Positions 12,753 through 27,200 of a DNA stretch of 64,000 bases are shown here, one piece after another (position 1 is the first letter of the stretch; each line of letters starts with the position of its first letter). Made by a program: the position numbers and the translations under genes. The DNA lies in contig LSRY02000043.1 in NCBI GenBank assembly GCA_001643675.2, positions 62,001 through 126,000 on the forward strand. The letters are read 5' to 3'. Below the pieces are notes generated by a model that saw only the letters and a list, made by a program, of their open reading frames with translations, searched no databases and was not told the DNA's origin. This DNA comes from Monocercomonoides exilis PA203. Its lineage: Eukaryota > Protista > Preaxostyla.

Positions 12753-12753
<1 letters not shown>

Positions 12754-12801
<48 letters not shown>
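12754..12801. repeat. Poly(T) tract (similar homopolymers near 115-143, 17387-17412, 30787-30825, 59376-59410)
   Basis: Directly visible homopolymer. Confidence 0.95.
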
Positions 12802-12802
<1 letters not shown>

Positions 12803-13700
12803 TGGAAAATTGGTGATGGACGTAACGAACTTTTTTCTTCACGTCGCCCAGGGTTATAAAAAAGAAAGAAAGAAAAAATTAAGTTATTTTTTGAAAATTC
12901 TACAAAAAAACAAAAATGATAGCATAGTGTACATTTTAACATGTATCCATCGAATTTGTTTTTTATTTCACTGTGAACAAATGAGAAGAAATGAAAGGAT
13001 TTTATGTCATAGCAGCCTTCGGAGAGATGATCAATATAAACGAAAAACAATATTTTAATGTTCAAAACAGTTGTAGTAAAAACAATCTGTGAGTTATTTT
13101 TTTTTAAAGTCACTCATGTTTAATATTTTAGTTGAATAAAAAAAGTTTCCCTTGTGAGAATAAGTGTAAAGAGGAGAAATTTTGTCGTTTTTTATCAAAA
13201 AATGGTCAAAAAAATGTTGAATTTCAATGAACCTGAAAATTAAACATTTACCACTTTTCAAAAAGAATATCATAGATAGTAATTTTTGTTACAATCTTTT
13301 CATATATGAAATTTTGGTACTTCAAAAACTCTCACATTTTTTCAACAGAATAATTTTTTAGAAAAAATAAAAATTCAAAAGTAATTCTTGAGGAATAAAC
13401 GAAAAAGTCGAATGTTATGCTCTGACGAAATATTAAAATTAAATATTTTATCGTTTATAAGAAACAATAACCATCTAACTATGAGAGACAACCAAATTTT
13501 CGATACAAAAGCAAACTCGAAAACATAAATATTCAAATCGAAAGGTAAAATAAAAACACACAAAAAAGACGAATAATTTTAAGAATACATCAGAACGATG
13601 TCTTTTAAGCAGACAAAATAGAAACAATAAAATAAGATCCAATAAAATTGATATGATCAATCTCAATCTGATTTTGATTTCTTGCTCCTCTCCAACTGAA

Positions 13701-16700
13701 CTACATCAGATGTGTTCTAGAAGCAGAACTTTTCGGACGAGGGTAGAACAGAGGCTTCTGAGAGGGGGTGGAAAAGCCAAGTGAAGTGGATGGCCTGGTC
13801 GAGGTTGAAGAGGTGGATTTTGCCAGAGGATCTGTTTGTGTGGCGCTCAGCTGGGGTTGATAAAGACGTGATTTCAGCTGGCCAGAACTGGCTGTGGAAA
13901 TAGAGCGTGAAGTGCTTTTGAGGGCAGAAGAGAAAGGAGAAGAGGAAGAAGTAGAGGAAGAGGGCCGGAACCCAGATGAAGTGAGAGCGCTGGATCCACG
14001 TCTGGTGAGTGTTCTTGATGTCATGTTTGTGCGTGTCTGTGCAGACGGCGGGGAATATCCAGATGGCTCGGGTGATGTGCTTGAGGAGGCAGACGACTTG
14101 AGGAGCCGCTCGTATCCTTGCGCTAAAGACTCATTCGCAGACTTCACATTCTGAATAGAAAAAACAGACAATATTTCCATTCATACACATTGTTACACAC
14201 AAATAAGGATGATTCATTTAATGCAACAAACATATAGAGAAAAATAGAGAAGATGAAAACAGAAAAATAAATTTCAAATCAAATCATTTCTTTAATTAGG
14301 CTAAAAATAAAAATTCTCAACAAAAAAATGAAAGCAGAACAAAAACAATATTAATCATTAAAATTTTACGATCCCACACTTTGTAATCTCTTGTGTTCTG
14401 CTCCAATTCCCTGTTCCGCCTCATCAGTCTTTCAATGTCAGCAACAGTCGCATTCATCGCCTTTTCCTTTATTGAGGCATCACTGAAACCATCTTCTCCT
14501 TGCTCGCTGGACATTTTGACTCCGCCGCCTGAAAAAGAAGAAGAGGAAGAAGATGGCCTCTCACCCCATTCAGATTCTTCTGTGAGAGATTTCTGAGAAG
14601 AAGAAGAGGAATATTTTTTTTAGATGCAGAAAGGTTAAGATCAATAAAAATAGAAACATCAAAAATAAGTGTGTTTGAGGAATAATAAGTCAATAAAAAC
14701 AAATGTCAAAGAATGAAATAGATAAAAATATCTTTTCAATAAAAAACACACAATCTGCATTTTGAGTGCAGCTAACTCTGATTCGTAGCGTGCCCTCTCC
14801 GTCTTCCTTCTTTCTTCCTCCACATGAGAGCGCCTTTCCTTTGCCAGCATCCGTCTTGTTTGCTGAGTCAGTGCAGAAATGCGTTCCTCTTGCAAAGCAA
14901 TGATTTTCCTCAGCACTTTCCCTTCGCCCGTGTCCAGCGAGAGATCGCTCAGCGAACTGGATGACATCACATTCTGCCCAGACATCGCTGAATAAGAGCG
15001 AGAAGCACCAGAAAACGGAGATGTGGAAGCTGCTGAAGAAGAAGAGGAAGAAGCACTTGGATCTTCAGACAGCTTCTTCAATACAGAAAGAGGAGATGAA
15101 GATGCCTGCAGCGAGGAAGAAAAATTCACTGAAGAATATGGAGAAAGATGGACAGAAGCACGCGGAGAAGGAGAAGCAGAAGGCGAATGAGAAGGAGATG
15201 GTGAGCAGGTGGAGGATGTTGAAGCAGAAAGAGAAAAGGAAGAGGTATTTAAGCGATTCGTGAATGAAAGCAAGGCTGTTCCATCGCCTGCGCTGAAAGG
15301 AGAAGCAGAAGAGAAGGAGAGCTTCCGCTTCTCTCTCTCTTTCTCCTTCTCCGCCACAACAGCATCAAACAGTCTGTCGTATTCGCTTTTCAGCTCGCGA
15401 ATCTTCTTCAGCAGCACCTCGTTCCCCAACTGCGACTTCCGCAGCTCCATCTTCAGCACAGCAATCTTCTTGTCTCGTACGCCAACCATCGCCGTCGTCC
15501 GCTCCAGTTTCTCATTCGCAAACTGCAGCTGAGTGCGCGCATAATCCGTCTTGTACGACTGCAGCTCCACTTTCACCTGGTCGAGCTCTTGAACAAGTCT
15601 GTCTTTGTCAACCTAAATGTGCACGTGCAATGCAGATGAAGATGCGAAGCAATCGAGTTGATAGCACAAGATGTTAATAAATGAAGAACAAGTTGAAATC
15701 ATTTTGATGTAAGAATGTGATGATAAACACACAAACAAAGAAAAAAAAAAAAGAGAGAAAGAAGAACGCAATAAACAAAATACACAACCTCCAGTTGGAA
15801 GCAAAGCCGCTGCACTCTTTCTTTCTCCAGCTCTTCTTGTCTTTGGGCGTTTGAGATTTGTTGCACATCAGCATGGTGCTGTGCCTTCATCGAGTGAAGC
15901 TGAGACTGAAAAGAAAAATGAAGTCACAGTTGAATGTTTTGTACGAGTTTGATTCGAAGCGAATTCAAAATTTGAATGCAATGGAGTGAAAGAAATATAT
16001 AATCAATCAAACAAACAACCAAATAGAATTTAAAAAATAAGAAAAAAACATCTCGAAGTTATTACATTTTCACAAAAAACATGAAAAATTAAATGATTAT
16101 GATGCAATTTCTTTTCGAAAGATCCTTGCATACGTCAAGTTGAGTGATTTTTAACAGCTTCAGTTGCTGTTGTTGGATGACTTTTTTCATTTCTGTCATC
16201 ATTTCTTTGTCGTCGTTTATTTCATTCTGCAACTTCTGAATGTGCTGTACGAGCTTTTCGTTGTCTGAAGTATCAAAATACAGCACAATTGAAAGCAAAA
16301 CATAAACATTTTCATTCAAACAAGTCAATCAATCATCATTTTTCAAGCCTTCCTTCAGAGCTTCCAAAGACATTTTCGCGTTTGTAACAAGTTCTGAACA
16401 CGAATCTTCTTTTGCTTTAATCAACTTTTCAGTTTCCGTTTTTGTCGTTGTATTATCTTGGATTTGTCTTTTCTATTGTCAGTTAACCGTGATTATTATA
16501 TTAATACGCAAAAAGTTGATCGAATTTCATACCAACAATTTAATCTCTTCCTGCATCATTAACATTTTTTTAGATTCAGCAGTCTTCCCTTTTGTCGCAT
16601 CAATTGATACTTGGAATTCATAGTTGTTCTTAAAATTAACCAAGGTTCGTAGTTCCCCTCTGGGTGCGAATATAACACAAAAAATTAAAAAGAAATAAAA

Positions 16701-17228
16701 TCAATAACCAAAAAAAAATTATTCAAATAAAAACACACTTTAACATTTCAAGAACAGCTAAAGACTGCTTTTTTAGAAGTTCTTTTCTTTCGTCTTCTAA
16801 CTCCTCTTTTGTTGGCTGTCCCTCTGGAAAATCTTTCATTTCCAAATATCTGTCATTTGACATAAAAATTCGTAAAAAACAAACAATCGTTCAAACAGTT
16901 CAACAATTGTACGAGCTAGTTCTTCTACTGGTAAAAGACGCTCAATTAGATGATCTCGTTCGACTGTTAGTCCATCAATTATTTTCCGACTCTCTGCTGA
17001 TTCACGCTATTTATCCAGTAATAAACAAAATGCATAAGTCGACATCATTAAATTATTTCACAAAACCTCGAATTCACCTTTTAACATTTTCACTTGAGCC
17101 GTTAGAACTCCATTTTCCTTTTGAAGAAATATTGCCCTTTCTTTCAGCGAATCTGAATCCATGCATTCTGCATTTTTTTGTCCCCCCTGAGAATTATTTA
17201 TTTGCATTTGTTCATTTTTTTGAGTCAT
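13701..17228 (-). CDS. Multi-exon coiled-coil protein with Ser-rich linkers, unknown function
   Basis: Successive minus-strand coiled-coil exons (MTQKNEQ...VKMLK; NEKLVQHIQKLQNE; KVELQSYKTDY...; NVKSANESLAQGYERLL...) separated by AT-rich GT-AG introns. TAG stop at 13701. Confidence 0.65.
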
Positions 17229-18274
17229 AAACAATTTTTTCTTTAATTCTTTATTTAGTTCTAAAAATTGTTTAAAGATCATTAAAATATAATTATTTAA
17301 TACTATCAAAGTTTATCCAGTATTCTTTTTTTATGCAACGAATAAGCACGCATGATAATTGTTTCAACAAAGAATTTATCATTTTCAAAAAAAAAAAAAA
17401 AAAAAAAAAAAAGAGAGAGAGAGAGAAATGTGGATTATCCAAAAAAGGATATATTAATTTTGTGAATAAATTATGTATTAAAAAAAATAATTGCTAATTG
17501 ATAATGTTGAAAAAAAAAATATTTTCTGTTCAATTAAAAAAAAATAATTTTGAAGTTAAGTTTTCAACTTCGTTAATTCAAATTCTGAGTGACATGGTAT
17601 TGTTGATATTCCATGTTTCTATATAGGCAATGTCATGCTTTTGTCATGTTAGAAATATACTTTTTTATTTCTTTTCCTCATTAATCTGCTTTTTTTTGAG
17701 AAGCACATTTCATCGCACGTTGATTCTCTTATCTGAAATTCGCACAAATTTCATATTGCAAGATTGCGCATATGCATAACTAACTTTCGGAAATTGTTAT
17801 ATGAATAAAAGAATAGCAAAGGAGAATTTGAACATGCATCCTTCTTGTGACTGATGGAACACTCTGACAGGATTTGATTTTTCAAGGCATTTGAGGGTTG
17901 AGTTTTAAAGTTTTTTGTGTCGTCAAACAAAACTTTTGAAACTCGCGTGAAATCTATGAAATTTTTCCAGAATAATAAAAGTAGAATGATGTATGACGCG
18001 CTTCAAAGCAAGAAAGGAATTCTTGTCGTTTTTTCTATTCTTTCATATTTATAACATTTATTTCTCATTTTTATGAAAGAAACATTTTTATTAAAATCAT
18101 GATATATTTAAATTGGAAAAAAAAAAAAAAACGAAATATATAAATATATACAACATCACTGCACCATCATTGGAATGAAACATTGCACGATCACGTGCAA
18201 AATACGCAATAAGAACAAATAATAAAACACAAGAAGAAAAGAAATATGCGAAGAATCCGTTCTGCTAATAAACT

Positions 18275-21200
18275 TCACCACTGAAGCAAGCAGTGTTCAT
18301 CATCGAGCAGCATTGCCTTCATTGAATCATAGTCGCATGTACGTGCATAGCTCATCATCTTGCCCCACAGCGGGTCCTGGTCAACCACCTCCCACAGGCG
18401 GAGCAGCCCAGACACATGCGTCTGCTCGTTGTCGTCCTTGCACGCAACCACTTTCTTCTCAAAGCTCGCCATCGACGCTGTGTAGAACACCTTCACCAGC
18501 TCCTCCAGATCATCTGCTGGCCCATACGGCAGTACGTAGTTCTCCAGCCCCATCAGCACCTGATGCATCCGCGCAGACATAAACGGGATAGTTCCACCAG
18601 ACACTGTTGACTCGTTGGCAGGCACCGTCCGCCCGAAGTCGATCAGAAACACCTCCTCCTTCGCTGTGCCTTCTCTCAGCAGCACAAGATGATCTGGTCG
18701 CACATTTCTGTGCACTTTGTTCTGCCTGTGCATCACCTCGAGTGTGGTGATCATATCAAACATGTGCTTCCCCAAGTGCGGCGATGTCCATGGCCACGAC
18801 TTCCCCACGGGTGCACACACAAGCAGACGATCCAGCTCTTCCCAGCACACAAAGGAGTTTGCATGTGGCACACGCGCCTCCATAATCGTCTGCAGAATAA
18901 GAATTTCGTTCATCAGCTCCTCCGCCTTCGCTTCCATGTACGCTTTGAAAGAGCAAGGTACAGTCTCATCCAACTGCACAACTTCATCATCATCATCGTC
19001 GTCGTCGTCTTCATCTCCATTTCCATTGCGAGCATTTACACTCTTACTACTCTTGGCCAACGTTGTATCACCATTTCCTTTGCCTTTTGCTCCTTTCTTC
19101 CCCTTCTTCTTCTTCTGCACATGTGCCACCAAGCAATAGCTCTTCTTCCCAAACCCGACGATATCGCTGAACGAAAACCGTATCCCACACACCTCGCATT
19201 TCGGAATGTACCCAAAGAAGTTCGGTGGTTGGTTCAACATCCATGTGAAGTTTGCAAACGACGTCTCCTCACAAAACGGCTTGGGTGTTGTATACACAAC
19301 GCACATTGTGCCATGTTGCTTGTATCCAATAAAGATCTGATAGTAAAAAGGAGTCATCGCAATCGTTATGACATAGAATCTCCACGGCTGTGCCTGCAGC
19401 AGCTTGTAGGTGTGGATCATTGTCTCTCCCGTCTCATCTTTGGTGAGCGACCTCCGCTGTGCAATGTACCAGTCATCTAAATTGTCTGTCGTTGATCGCT
19501 TGTAATGCGTGGGTGTTGGGTAAAACATTGGCGGAGGCGATGGAGTTGAACGGGAACTTTTGTCATTGCTTTGCGTGTTTGAAACAGAAACTCCTTCGCT
19601 TTTTGATGATTTTGACTGAGAAGCAGCTTGTGCATTGTTCTGCTTCTGTTTCTGCTTCCTAACTCTTTTTCTCCTCGTTTTTGTCCAGTAGAAGTCGATA
19701 AACGTCACAAAAGAGCGCTGCACGAAGCGGCATTCAGAGGGATGGCCAGTCAGCACCATGAATGTTGGGTACATGTTTCCCAGTGTTATTCCACACTCAG
19801 AAGCAGGGCAGATGTAGAGGTGACTGTATGGCTGGGTGGTGATCTTGATTGGATAGTTCGAGGAGAGGAAATCGGAAACACTTGGTGATGTTGGGGCAGC
19901 AGCTGGATGAGCAGGTGGTGAGGGTGCATTGCTCATTGGAATAGCAGAAGAGGGAGAAGAGGAAGAGGAGGAAGAAGGAGAAGGAGAAAACGAAGAAAGG
20001 GAAGAAGACGAAGGGGATTGGAGAGGAGAGGAGAAGGGAAGAGCAGATGGATGTGGGGCAAGTGACTGAAATGAAGAGTGAATGGAAGAAGGTGGAATGA
20101 GTGGCTGTGTAAAAGTGTCTGATTGAAGTGAATGAGATGTCTGATTGATTGAATTGCTATCAGAAACAGAATGAATTGGAGGGATAGAAGAAGAAGCATT
20201 GGGAAGCAATGGCTGAATATCAACTGAATCAGAAGATGAATTTGAAGAAGAAGACGAAGACGAAGACGAAGATGTAGATTCAACAGCAGTAGAAAGAATA
20301 CTTGTTGAAGCATCTGGAAGGAGAGCCAATGAAGTGTCAGATGTTTGATCACTGAGAAGAGAGAAAGGAGCAGATGAAACAGATGAAGCAGAAGCAGAAG
20401 AAGAGGAAGAAGAAGACACAAATGAACGAGCTTTCGAAAAAGGCGAGAAAAGAGAAGGCGAAGAACGAGAAGAGGAAGACAGGAAATCAAACAGTCCCTT
20501 TTTCTGTTTGTGAGGCGAGGAATGAAAAGGAGAAGGCGAAAGCGAAGGCGAAAGAGCGATTGAAGTGGCAGGGTGTGATTGAAGGGCAGAAGGCGAAGTG
20601 AAACCCATCCTCAGCGGAGAAGGAGAGGGAGAAGGCATCAGAGAAGGAGAAAGGGAAGGCGAGAGAGAAAGGGAGAGAGAAGGTGAAGATGAGGAGGAAG
20701 ACAAAGGAGAAGAGGAGGAGGAGGAAGCGGAAAAAGCACGAGATGAGAAAGGGGCAGAGCGGAAGGCCAAGATGCGTTGCTGCTGTTCAACCGACATGGT
20801 GGCAAAGGAAGAAGGAAGAAGTGTTTTCGGAATGGGCGATATTCGTGCTGTTGGTCTCAGCTTCGATTTGGACTGCGAAATTGGGTGGGAATGAGAAATG
20901 ACTGGAGAAAGAGACAAAGAGGAAGAGGAGGAAGAGGAAGAAGTTGAAGAAGTTCGTTTGATTCTTTGATGAGATGAATGTTCTTTTGTGTTTTTGTTCT
21001 TTTTCTCTTTTCTTCTTTTGGAAGACGTTTCAGAAGTCTCGTTAATTTCTTCTTCTTCTTCCTCCTCTTTCTCTCCTTTTTTATCCACTTCTTCTCCATC
21101 TTCCTCTTCTTCCTCTTCTTCCTCACTCAATTGTGTTTCTGGCATCAGATCATCAAGAGGAAGTGGAATGAATGAAGAAGAAGGAAAAGACGAGGCTGTT

Positions 21201-24200
21201 GAATTTCTTCCATTTGAGCTGCCTTTTGTTGATCGAAGTGGAGTTGAAGGACCAACGCCAATGTATTTTGGATCGACTGCCTTCTTTCTGAATGAGAAGG
21301 GAGACAGAACAGTGGAAATGATAGAAGTGAGCGAGGAAGAAGAGGAAGCAGATGAAGAGGAAGAGGAACCAGAGGAAGCAGATGAAAAAGCAGCAGAGAG
21401 AGAAGTCGAATTTGCAGATGAGACACTGCTTGAGGATGATTGTGAGCTGATGTTGAAAGCACTTGCGATGCTTGTGGATGACTTGCGTGAGTCCCACTGC
21501 CTCGAAGAAGGAGATGAGATGGAGCTGAACGGCGGGAGATGGCGCTTCCCATCTGCTGAAGTGACGAGAGAGAGAGAAGAGTCATTCAAAGAAGAGCTAA
21601 CAGCAGAGTCAGATGCAGTTGAAATAGAGGGAAGCTCGTTGGGTGCGCCTTGTTTGCGTACTGTGCCTGTTACTGAGCTGTTTGAAGAAAGAGAAGAGGA
21701 GCGGGACAGCTGTGAGGTTGGGGTGGAGATGGAGTAGTTTGAGAGAGAAGGGTTTGTCTCCAGCAGCGAAGCCAGTGTCAAAGGCGGAGTGCTTGCTGGA
21801 TTGGGCACTTCATCTGATGTCTCCACCAGCAGTGCAGACAGAGACTCAATGCTCAGCATCGTGTGCGATCCCACAATTGCTCCTTCTCTCCCTCCGTTTC
21901 TTCCTCCCATTTCGCTTCTTCCTCTTCCTGTTGCTGTTGCTGCATCCCCTGCCATCCTCAGTGCTGATGCTGAAGAAGAAAAGCCCCTCCCATTCAACAC
22001 TCTTCCCCCCACTCCTCCTACTCCTAATCCTCCTTTCTTTCTGTTCGGCGCTTTCTTCGCAGTCTTCTGTGCCAGCACAGTCAGCGCAGACAGATGTGGA
22101 ATGCTGTTTGCCACTTTCGCACTCACCGTGACTGGATGACTCAGCGCTGCCTCGTTCAGAATGGCAGCTGTGTCTGAGTGGTCTGCTTTTGCCTTCGCCA
22201 CTGCAGACTCCACTTCGCTCACATGCAGCCCATAAATCGTGAGGGAACGACGAGTTGAAGCAGGAAAATGTTTGGGCGTTTTGCTGAATTGGAAGCGGTT
22301 CGGATCGTCTTCTTCGGTTTTCTCCTTCGCATTCTCACTTTCCTCCTCTCCTTCATTGCCATTTCCTTCTCCATTCGTGTTCTTGTTTCCGTTTTCCTTT
22401 TGTTCTTCTTCATTCTTCTTCCCTTTCTCCCCTCCGTTTTGTATGTCCATCTTCTCATCTTTCGTCCTGCTGGTTGTTCGGAATGAGTCAATGTCTGAAG
22501 TCAAAATAATTTCTTCCTCTTCCCTTTCCTTCAGTGCCTTCATTTGCATCTCCTCTTTCTTCTTCTTCTTCGCTTTTGCTGCTGCTTTTGCTTTGGATCG
22601 CTTCAGAAGTGGATCAACATCTGGGAAGTTCGCATAAACCTCCCACGATTCGTGATAGTAAGTGAGCTGATAAGGAAGAGGTCTGTTTGGTGGAGAATAG
22701 CAGAGAAGAGGAGGAGATGGGGTGTATTCACGTGATGGATGCTTCTTCTTCTTCTTTTCTTTCTCTTTCTCATTCTCTTTCTCATTCTCTTTCTCTTTCT
22801 CTTTCTCCTTCTGCTGTTGAGGTTGTTGCTGTTTCAATGATGGTGACAAAGAAGAAGAAGAAGAAGAAGAAGAAGAAGAAGAAGAAGAAGAAGAAGATGA
22901 TGATGATGATGATGATGACAATGTTTGAGATTGGATAGCAGTTTGAGAAGGAGAAGAAGCTTCAGATGGAACAACTAGTGTTTGTGGAGGAGAAAGAAGA
23001 GAAGGTGGATCTGTTAAATCAGGTGACTGAGAGGGAGATTCAATGGGAATAGGATAATCTGAGGGAAGAGACAAAGAAGACATCGAAGAGCAGGTTGAAA
23101 GGGCAGGCGAGGCAGTTTGTTCGGGAAAAGAGGAAGAAGGAAAGAGAGAGGGGGAAAATGATGATGAATTATCAACAGTATTATTATTTCCGATATTATT
23201 ATTAAAATTGTTTCCATTATTGACTGGATTTCCATCAACACCCAAAGAAAATAGAGAAACATTTGTATGGGATGCATATGGAAGCTGATCAGAAGAAGAA
23301 GAAGAGGAAGATGATGAAGATGAAGGAGAAGCAGAAGAAGAAGAATTTCCTCTGTTTGTGCTATCAAACAAAGCATTTGAGAATGAAGAAGATGTAGAAG
23401 CAGAAATATCAGGTGAATTTTGTACGAAAAATTGACTGTTTTGTTCAGAAGCAGAAGCTGTTGAAGGGCTTCTGGTGAAAGTTGGACGTTGGGGAACAGG
23501 TTTGATGAAAGGTGTGCGAATATCAGAGAAAGAGGAGGAAGAAGAGGGAGAAGAAGAGGGAGAAGAAGAGGGAGAAGAAGATGGATATTTATTCAATGTA
23601 ACATCAGAAGCATTAATTTGGTAAAGTTGATTGTCTTCTTGTGAAAGAGAATAAGAAGACGAAGGTGACAAAGAAGAATAAAACAAAGAATTTTCACTGT
23701 TTCCATTCATTTGATGCACATCTGTCTGTCTCACAAGAGCAGATGCTAGTTCTTTTGTGGGTGAGTCATTTCCATCATCTGCTCTATGTGATGATGAGGA
23801 GGAGGATGAGGAGGAGGAGGATGATATCATTTGATTGTCTTCTTTGTTGTTAATGAGAGGAAGCTGATCTTCACTTGGAATCATTTGAATGGAAGAAGAA
23901 GAGGAAGACGATGATGACATTTGTGATGAAATCAAATTCAAAGAAGAAAACTGCGTAGATGATGAATTGCCATCAGCTTCAATAACAGCTCCTCCTTCTT
24001 TCTTCATCTTGCTCTTTTCCTCTTCCATCATTTTTCTCATCTCTTTCTCCTTTTCCTTTTCCTTCTCCTTCTTCCTCTCCAACCTCATCCTCTTCCTCCT
24101 CTCCCCCCTCTCCTTCCTCCTCCTCATCTCCTTCAGCACAACCTCCTGCTGTGCATAATTTGCCTCTGAGAAGATGACTGAGTGTGGATGTCTGCTAATC

Positions 24201-27200
24201 TCTGTGTTGAACAGAGGAAGATACCAGCTCTTCGGTGGGGCAATGGGGGGCGAATAAACAGGACGAGGAAGAGGAGAAAAGGGAGTGTCGCTTTCACTCT
24301 CGTCATTTTGGTTGGATTCAACTGGAACAGAAGCAGAAGCAGAAGCAGCAGGTTTTTCTGTTGGTTGTCCAATTTCTTCTACTTTTCCTGCTTTTTCTGT
24401 TTTGTCTGATGATGTTGCTGTTTCCTTTATCGCTTCTATTGTCTTTTGATCAGCCAACTCTTTTACCTTCTTTTCTTCCTCAGCATTTTCTCCTTCTTTC
24501 GTCTTCTCCTCTTTTTTCTCGTTTTCTCCTTTATTTCCAATTGTATTTCCTTTCTCTTCCTCTTTCCCATCGCCATCACCAGCACCACCATCTTCTTCTT
24601 CATTCTTTCCTTCTTCCTCCTCTCCTCCTTCTTCTGCATTCTTCTGCTCCTTCTCTACTTTCTCTTCTTTCTCTTCTTTCTCTTCTTTCTTCTCAGCTGT
24701 CTCAGCCGGTTTCGTCTTCTTCTTCTCTTCTCTTCTCATTTCTTCTCTTTTCATCTCCAGCTTCATCTTCCTCCTCTCCTTCGCCCTCTTCTCCCTCTCC
24801 TTCTTCCTCCTCAATCTGTCATCTTTTATTCTCCTCTCTTCTTCAATCTCTTCTTCTTTCCCTGAATTATACAGCTCCTCCCTACACGGTATAAGGAAAG
24901 GCAGCAATTCCTGTGTCTCGCCATGGTATCTGATTGAACTGTCAGACAAACAGCTGAAAATGGCTGTATTGTGCGGCTTTTTGACGGGCGTCCAGCCATT
25001 CGAGAGGCAGATGAAGAGGAGCAGTGAAGACTCGGCATATTCTTGGTCTTCCACGCTGATCGCATACGGGTCTTCCTCTTCTTCTTTGGAGGTGGGAGTT
25101 GAGGAAGAAGAAGAGGAGGAAGAGGAGGAAGAAGATGATGAATTTGAAGAATTTGAGGAGGAAGAAGAAGAATGTGAAGAAGAAGAATGTGAAGAAGATG
25201 ATGAACCAGAAGAAGACGAATCAGAATAAGATCTTCCTCTCTTGTACACGTGGTGTCTTCCTCTGCTTCTCTTATACTTTGGCTTGCCTTCATCATCCTC
25301 ATCGTCATCGTCATCATCATCATTATATTTCCTTCTATGCCTTCCATGATGATGATGATGGTGATGGTGATTGTGATGATGATGTCTGCGTGGTCTGTTC
25401 TCCTTCGCCACTGATATTTCATCCTCTTCTTTCTCCACATGCTCTTCATCCTCCTCCAACTGTCTGTGTTTGCGCTCTTTCTCGCTCTTCCTCTCACTTC
25501 GGTGCGTCTTCTTCTGCGTGTTCCTGTTCTCTTCGTCTTCCAAATCAACCTTCCTTTCGTCGTCTTCCTCCTCCTCTTCTTCTTTTTCTCTTTCTCCATT
25601 CCCTTCTCTCTCTATCACCATCTTTATGTCTCCTATTCCACTTTTCACATCCTTCTTATCTTCCATTTTCTGTTCATTTCCTTCTTCTTTTCCTTCTTCT
25701 CCCTCTTTCTTCATCGCCTCTTCTTCTGCTTCTTTCTCTTTCGCTGCCTTTCTTGCCGCAATCTTGTCCATCCTCTCCTTCCTCCTCTGCTCCCTCCTCT
25801 TCTCCATCGCCTTCCTCCTCTCATAATTCCTCCTCGCATCTCTTTTCCTCTTCTTCTCCCTCTCCCTCGCCTCCTTCTTCCTCGTCTTCCGCAGCTCCTT
25901 CTTCGCTGCTATCTCCTCAAACGAGTCCATCATCAGCCTCAGAAACAAGAAGGACTTCGGGTGATAATAACCCCCCAAGTCCATCTTTCCATACTTCTTT
26001 GGGATTTTGTCTGCTCGTGTGGGTGGCAGGTCGGCGTCTCTGATTTCGAACTTGCCGCGGAAGTAGCCAGGAAAGGAGGCAGGGTAGAAAGGCATGGGGG
26101 TGGAGAGGAAAGGAGGTGGTGGGTGGAGAAGGAGAGGATGGGGGAGAGGACCCGGGGAGGAGTCTGGGGCTGGCTGGTCAGCGGATTCGGGTGGAGGAGA
26201 TTTGGATTGGGAGGAAGGAGATGGGGCTGAAGATGGAGAGGAGGAAGAGGAGGAGGAGGAAGAAGAAGAGGAAGAAGAATTTATTGATTCTTGTGTGTTG
26301 AATGGTTGAGGGAGAAATTGGTTGTTTGAAGAAGAAGAAGAAGCCGAAGAAGAAGAAGAAGCCGAAGAAGAAGCAGAAGGAGCAGTAGGTTGAGGTACCA
26401 TCTGCTTCATCATCGACATAAGGGCAGGGGAGACGTCGATGCTGGCGGCACCAATTTTGCCAGGCGTTTTGCTGATGTTGTTGCCAGAATTGAATGAAGT
26501 GGGGAAAGAAATGGAGGAAAGGGGAGAAGAAGAAGAAGAAGAAGAAGAAGAAGAAGAGGAAGAGGAAGAGGAAGAAGATTGAGATGGAGAAAGAGAACAT
26601 GTTGTATTGACAGAAAGATTATTTTGTGAAGGAGAAGAAGAAGAAGCAGAAAAAGTATTGTTTTCATTGGGAAAAGAAAAAGAAGCTGAATTTGATTGAA
26701 TTGAAGGAGATGTCCCAGAAGTTGTGGATGTCTGGTTTTCAGAGAAAGAAATGCCATCAGATGAAACACACGAATTAGCTGTTGAGGATGAAGGCAAAGG
26801 AGAAAGAGACGAAAGAGAAGAAGAGGAAGAAGAAGAAGAAGCTGACATATCATTTCCTCCAGCAATGTTAACACCCACAGAATTCACAGCAGTTGAATTG
26901 GCACTGCTGAGTGTAGAGACAACATTAGATAGTGAGTCAGGCAGCCCCGCCGTCAAATCTGCCTTTCCCTCTGCGTTTTGAGCAGCAGGCACCACCACCA
27001 CTTTGGCTGATGTCTTCGCCTTCTCTGCAATCAACGTCGACACCTTCTTCAGTCGCGAGGGGCCTTTCTGTTTGAGGGTGAATGTTGGCTTGACCAGCTC
27101 AGAGGGGGCAACAGTGAGGGAGCGTGCCGCAATCACGTCGGAGTCAGCAGCCGCTGCAAGAGGAATGTCCAACATCTCCCTCAGCCGCCGGGCGTTGGTT

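Larger units (their letters stand above)
9980..12853. mobile_element. Putative non-autonomous piggyBac-like DNA transposon carrying a host-gene relic
   Basis: TTAA|CCCTGGGTGACGTG (9976-9993) and CACGTCGCCCAGGG|TTAT (12840-12857) form a 13/14 inverted match with CCC/GGG termini. Subterminal TGACGT array. No transposase seen. Confidence 0.6.

Noticed and set aside
12754-12801. Poly(T) as retrocopy tail of the adjacent pseudogene
   Set aside because: It lies at the 5' side of the minus-strand gene, and similar tracts are common throughout the window.
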